Notes under the pieces: generated by a model | The model's database searches: none | What the model was told of the DNA's origin: nothing | What the model saw: only the letters and a program-made list of their open reading frames with translations | In this document: in pieces, positions 41,209 through 43,306 of the stretch | Layout: each line of letters starts with the position of its first letter | Numbering within the stretch: position 1 is the first letter of the stretch | Position numbers and translations under genes: made by a program | DNA from: a virus | Virus record (IMG/VR): IMGVR_UViG_3300045988_105340 | Location: 1-43,306 of that record | Reading direction: 5' to 3' (one strand) | Length of the DNA stretch: 43,306 bases

Positions 41209-41452
41209 AAGATTTTATGATCGATATTCAGACAGCGAAGAATATGGTAGGATACTTTCAAAAACAGCACCACCAGAAGTTGTAGAATGTTTTTGTAAGT
41301 ATTATAATTCGTATTTGTTTGATGAAAATATGTCACCAGTAGAGGATATTCTTGACAAGACAAGAGAATACCTTGCTAAAAATGGATATGAAGAATATGT
41401 TAAAGAAGCGGATAAAAAATATTTAGAATTTATGGAAAGTATATTTGTTTAG
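41192..41452 (+). CDS. Hypothetical 86-aa acidic protein, translationally coupled to the gp7-ART-like gene
   Basis: The RBS is aaggtggtgag. It overlaps the upstream gene by 17 nt and is followed directly by a terminator. Confidence 0.5.
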   Translation: MMEKIKRFYDRYSDSEEYGRILSKTAPPEVVECFCKYYNSYLFDENMSPVEDILDKTREYLAKNGYEEYVKEADKKYLEFMESIFV

Positions 41453-41453
41453 G

Positions 41454-41482
41454 GCACTCACAATGAAATGAGTGCTTTTTTT
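41454..41482 (+). terminator. Rho-independent terminator after the head-morphogenesis genes
   Basis: The stem gcactca / tgagtgc has an 8-nt loop and a T7 tract. The stem and T-tract are nearly identical to the terminator at 1758..1785. Confidence 0.8.
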
Positions 41483-41510
41483 ATCCAAAAATTTAGAAAG
41501 GGGTGAAAGA

Positions 41511-42401
41511 GTGGATATTAAACTTACACTGGAAAACAAACAATTATATCCAGCAGTTGTTAATTTAAGGCAATTTTCAAATAATACGGATATATTAAAA
41601 TTTGAAATGTCTGATTATATGTATGAAACAACTGATTTATCAAAACTGTACTGCTATGCGGTTTGTGATATGGGTGGAGAAATTGACGAAGTTAAACTTG
41701 AAACAGAAGTTGTAGAAAGTAAGCTAAAGATAACTTGGAAAGTTACTGGCTATACTACACAACAGGATGGGCATATCAATTATCAAATTGTATTTAAAAA
41801 CCTTGATGAAGAACAAACTGTTTTGTGGTTTTCATATCAGGGGATTGTTTTTGTTAACAGTTCAATTGATGCGGATGGATATATAGCGGCTAACTACCCA
41901 TCTATCCTGCAACAGTGGGAAAAGAGAATGAATGATGCAGATTTTAATTATAATCAAGTTCTCGAAGAAGCAAAAAGGCAAACCCAGCTTGCTGCTGAAG
42001 AAGTGAAAAAAGCTGAACAGGAAGTAGCAAAAGCGAAAGAACAAGTTCGTATTGCAACAGAACAGGCTAAAAATGCTACTTCTGAAGCAAATAGGGCTTC
42101 TTCCAACGCTGATAAAGCTAAGAGTGAAGCTGATAGAGCAGAAACAATGAAAGATGCCATAAACAAACTTATTGGATATGAACCAGTAGATGCGATTGGC
42201 ATGGAAGTAGCACAGGCGCGTGGTAAATATGATTTATTAGGTGAACGACTTGATGCAATGGATGAAAAAGTAATAATCCAAGAGAAAGATGGAAGTACCA
42301 AATCAGCAGCATTTAAATTTATTGTTACTGATGAAATAAAAGTACCTGCATCTAATGAAATAAAAGTAAGCCCGAATATGGGTATTAAATTAGAAGACTA
42401 G
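41511..42401 (+). CDS. Fibre / baseplate-attachment protein: beta-rich N-terminal domain (BppU-like?) plus Ala/Glu/Lys coiled coil
   Basis: The GTG at 41511 follows ggggtg. The ORF-track start at 41472 lies inside the terminator. The central segment reads LEEAKRQTQLAAEEVKKAEQEVAKAKEQVRIATEQAKNATSEANRASSNADKAKSEADRAE. Confidence 0.5.
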   Translation: MDIKLTLENKQLYPAVVNLRQFSNNTDILKFEMSDYMYETTDLSKLYCYAVCDMGGEIDEVKLETEVVESKLKITWKVTGYTTQQDGHINYQIVFKNLDEEQTVLWFSYQGIVFVNSSIDADGYIAANYPSILQQWEKRMNDADFNYNQVLEEAKRQTQLAAEEVKKAEQEVAKAKEQVRIATEQAKNATSEANRASSNADKAKSEADRAETMKDAINKLIGYEPVDAIGMEVAQARGKYDLLGERLDAMDEKVIIQEKDGSTKSAAFKFIVTDEIKVPASNEIKVSPNMGIKLED

Positions 42402-42415
42402 GAGGAAATAGAAGA

Positions 42416-43066
42416 ATGTCTAAATTAAATAAAGTAAGAGTACAACTGTTAGATGAGGAAACAGGCTCAGTATTAGAAGAAGTAGATGTTATGACAAGTG
42501 CTGATGCAGTGAGTTTTGCTGACGGTCAAACATTTCAGCAAAAACTAGATGCTGGTTTATTAAAAGGTCAAAAGGGCGATACGGGTGCGATAGGACCTAA
42601 AGGTGATACTGGACCTCAAGGAGAAACAGGACCTAAAGGTGCGACAGGCGATGTTGGACCTAAAGGAGAAAAAGGAGACACGGGTGAAGGATTTAGTATC
42701 TTCAAAACATATGCTTCTGTTGCTGCAATGAATGCTGATAAAGCAAATGTGCAACAAGGGAAATTTGTATTAATCGCTTCAAATACAGAAGATGTTGACA
42801 ACGCTAAACTATATGTAAAAGGTGCAACTGATTTTACATTCTTAACCGATTTGTCGGGGGCTCAAGGTATCAAAGGAGAAAAAGGTAATACTGGGGCAAC
42901 AGGTCCACAAGGACCGCAAGGTCTTAAAGGAGATACTGGAGCAACAGGTCCACAAGGATCTCAGGGTCCAAAGGGAGATAAAGGAGATACAGGAGAAACG
43001 GTAAGAGTTGGTACAGATTATTCAACAGCAACTCAAGCAAAACTGTTTTTTAAATTAATTAATTAA
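42416..43066 (+). CDS. Collagen-like repeat protein (fibre shaft component)
   Basis: There are two Gly-X-Y blocks: GQKGDTGAIGPKGDTGPQGETGPKGATGDVGPKGEKGDTGEG and GAQGIKGEKGNTGATGPQGPQGLKGDTGATGPQGSQGPKGDKGDTGE. A globular segment separates them. Confidence 0.8.
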   Translation: MSKLNKVRVQLLDEETGSVLEEVDVMTSADAVSFADGQTFQQKLDAGLLKGQKGDTGAIGPKGDTGPQGETGPKGATGDVGPKGEKGDTGEGFSIFKTYASVAAMNADKANVQQGKFVLIASNTEDVDNAKLYVKGATDFTFLTDLSGAQGIKGEKGNTGATGPQGPQGLKGDTGATGPQGSQGPKGDKGDTGETVRVGTDYSTATQAKLFFKLIN

Positions 43067-43080
43067 AAGGAGGAAAAAGA

Positions 43081-43306
43081 ATGGCAATTAAAAAGGGTCA
43101 AATGACCGATAATGAAACGGGAGATTTATTATACTTTCAAACATCTTATGATATGGTTACAGATAAGCCTGCAAATTTTCCACCTTCAAGCCATAATCAC
43201 GATGATCGTTATTACACAGAAGCCGAAATGAATACCAAGCTAACCGCAAAGCTTGATACAACTGGTAATGCAAGCAATGTGACTAATACTTTTACACAAG
43301 CCAGTA
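43081..43306 (+). CDS. Tail fibre protein, N-terminal part (continues at base 56 of the window through the circular junction, ending at 1242)
   Basis: The ATG follows aaaggaggaaaaaga. The frame is open to the window end, and 43252..43306 duplicates 1..55 in the same frame. Confidence 0.8.
   Translation, partial: MAIKKGQMTDNETGDLLYFQTSYDMVTDKPANFPPSSHNHDDRYYTEAEMNTKLTAKLDTTGNASNVTNTFTQAS
43252..43306. repeat. 55-bp terminal overlap, identical to 1..55
   Basis: Direct comparison of the two window ends. Confidence 0.95.

Noticed and set aside
41472-41510. The ORF-track start of the 41472..42401 gene.
   Set aside because: The first codons lie within the terminator hairpin and T-tract. The GTG at 41511 has a GGGGTG RBS.
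1-43306. A search by eye for tRNA/tmRNA genes, CRISPR arrays, reverse transcriptase (retron/DGR), transposases, toxin-antitoxin pairs of known families and known multi-gene defence systems.
   Set aside because: None were recognised. No RT motifs (YxDD), DDE transposase motifs, cloverleaf-like GC-rich segments or repeat-spacer arrays were seen. Absence by eye is not proof, so a profile search should confirm it.

Overview
The window is a complete, circularly closed genome of a temperate, AT-rich contractile-tailed phage of a low-GC Gram-positive (Bacillota-type) host. Bases 1..55 are identical to 43252..43306, so the unique length is about 43,251 bp, and one tail-fibre gene (43081 -> 1242) runs through the junction.

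Layout in window order:
- 41.5 kb -> 1.75 kb: tail-fibre / receptor-binding cassette (coiled-coil fibre protein, collagen-like protein, fibre, small partner, XkdX-like).
- 1.8-2.1 kb: an insulated DUF4406-like moron.
- 2.2-5.8 kb: scaffold, major capsid and head-tail joining genes.
- 5.8-14.8 kb: PBSX/Xkd-like contractile tail and baseplate (sheath, tube, chaperone with -1 frameshift, tape measure, XkdP/Q/R/S/T/U-like).
- 14.8-16.6 kb: lysis cassette (Dp-1-type holin, Amidase_3 / Cpl-7 / SH3 endolysin).
- 16.8-21.1 kb: lysogeny module (membrane moron, large serine recombinase, two tandem XRE mini-genes, small moron, protease-less repressor, divergent promoters with operators, Cro-like gene).
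- 21.1-35.3 kb: early, recombination and replication genes. These include a Rha/KilAC antirepressor, Rad50-like ATPase, two orphan DNA methyltransferases, RecT, an MBL-fold hydrolase, MazG, a RuvC-like protein and SSB. They also include a replisome organiser with an internal iteron origin, a G39P-like loader, a Lar-like protein, many small zinc-ribbon proteins and a late activator.
- 35.3-35.8 kb: a roughly 400-nt non-coding region.
- 35.8-41.5 kb: packaging and head genes (TerS, TerL, HExxH protein, portal, SPP1-gp7-like minor head protein with an ADP-ribosyltransferase-like C-terminal domain).

No tRNA, rRNA, CRISPR array, reverse transcriptase or transposase was seen. All family assignments come from motif and synteny recognition by eye; no database search was run.

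I did not find one unambiguous new system. The best candidates for follow-up are:
- the capsid-borne ART-like fusion plus its coupled small ORF;
- a promoter-to-terminator non-coding RNA candidate upstream of terS;
- the duplicated XRE cassette with covarying leader hairpins beside the serine integrase;
- the displaced, terminator-bounded fibre cassette;
- the MBL-fold protein that could be either a recombination nuclease or an Apyc1-like cyclic-nucleotide phosphodiesterase.
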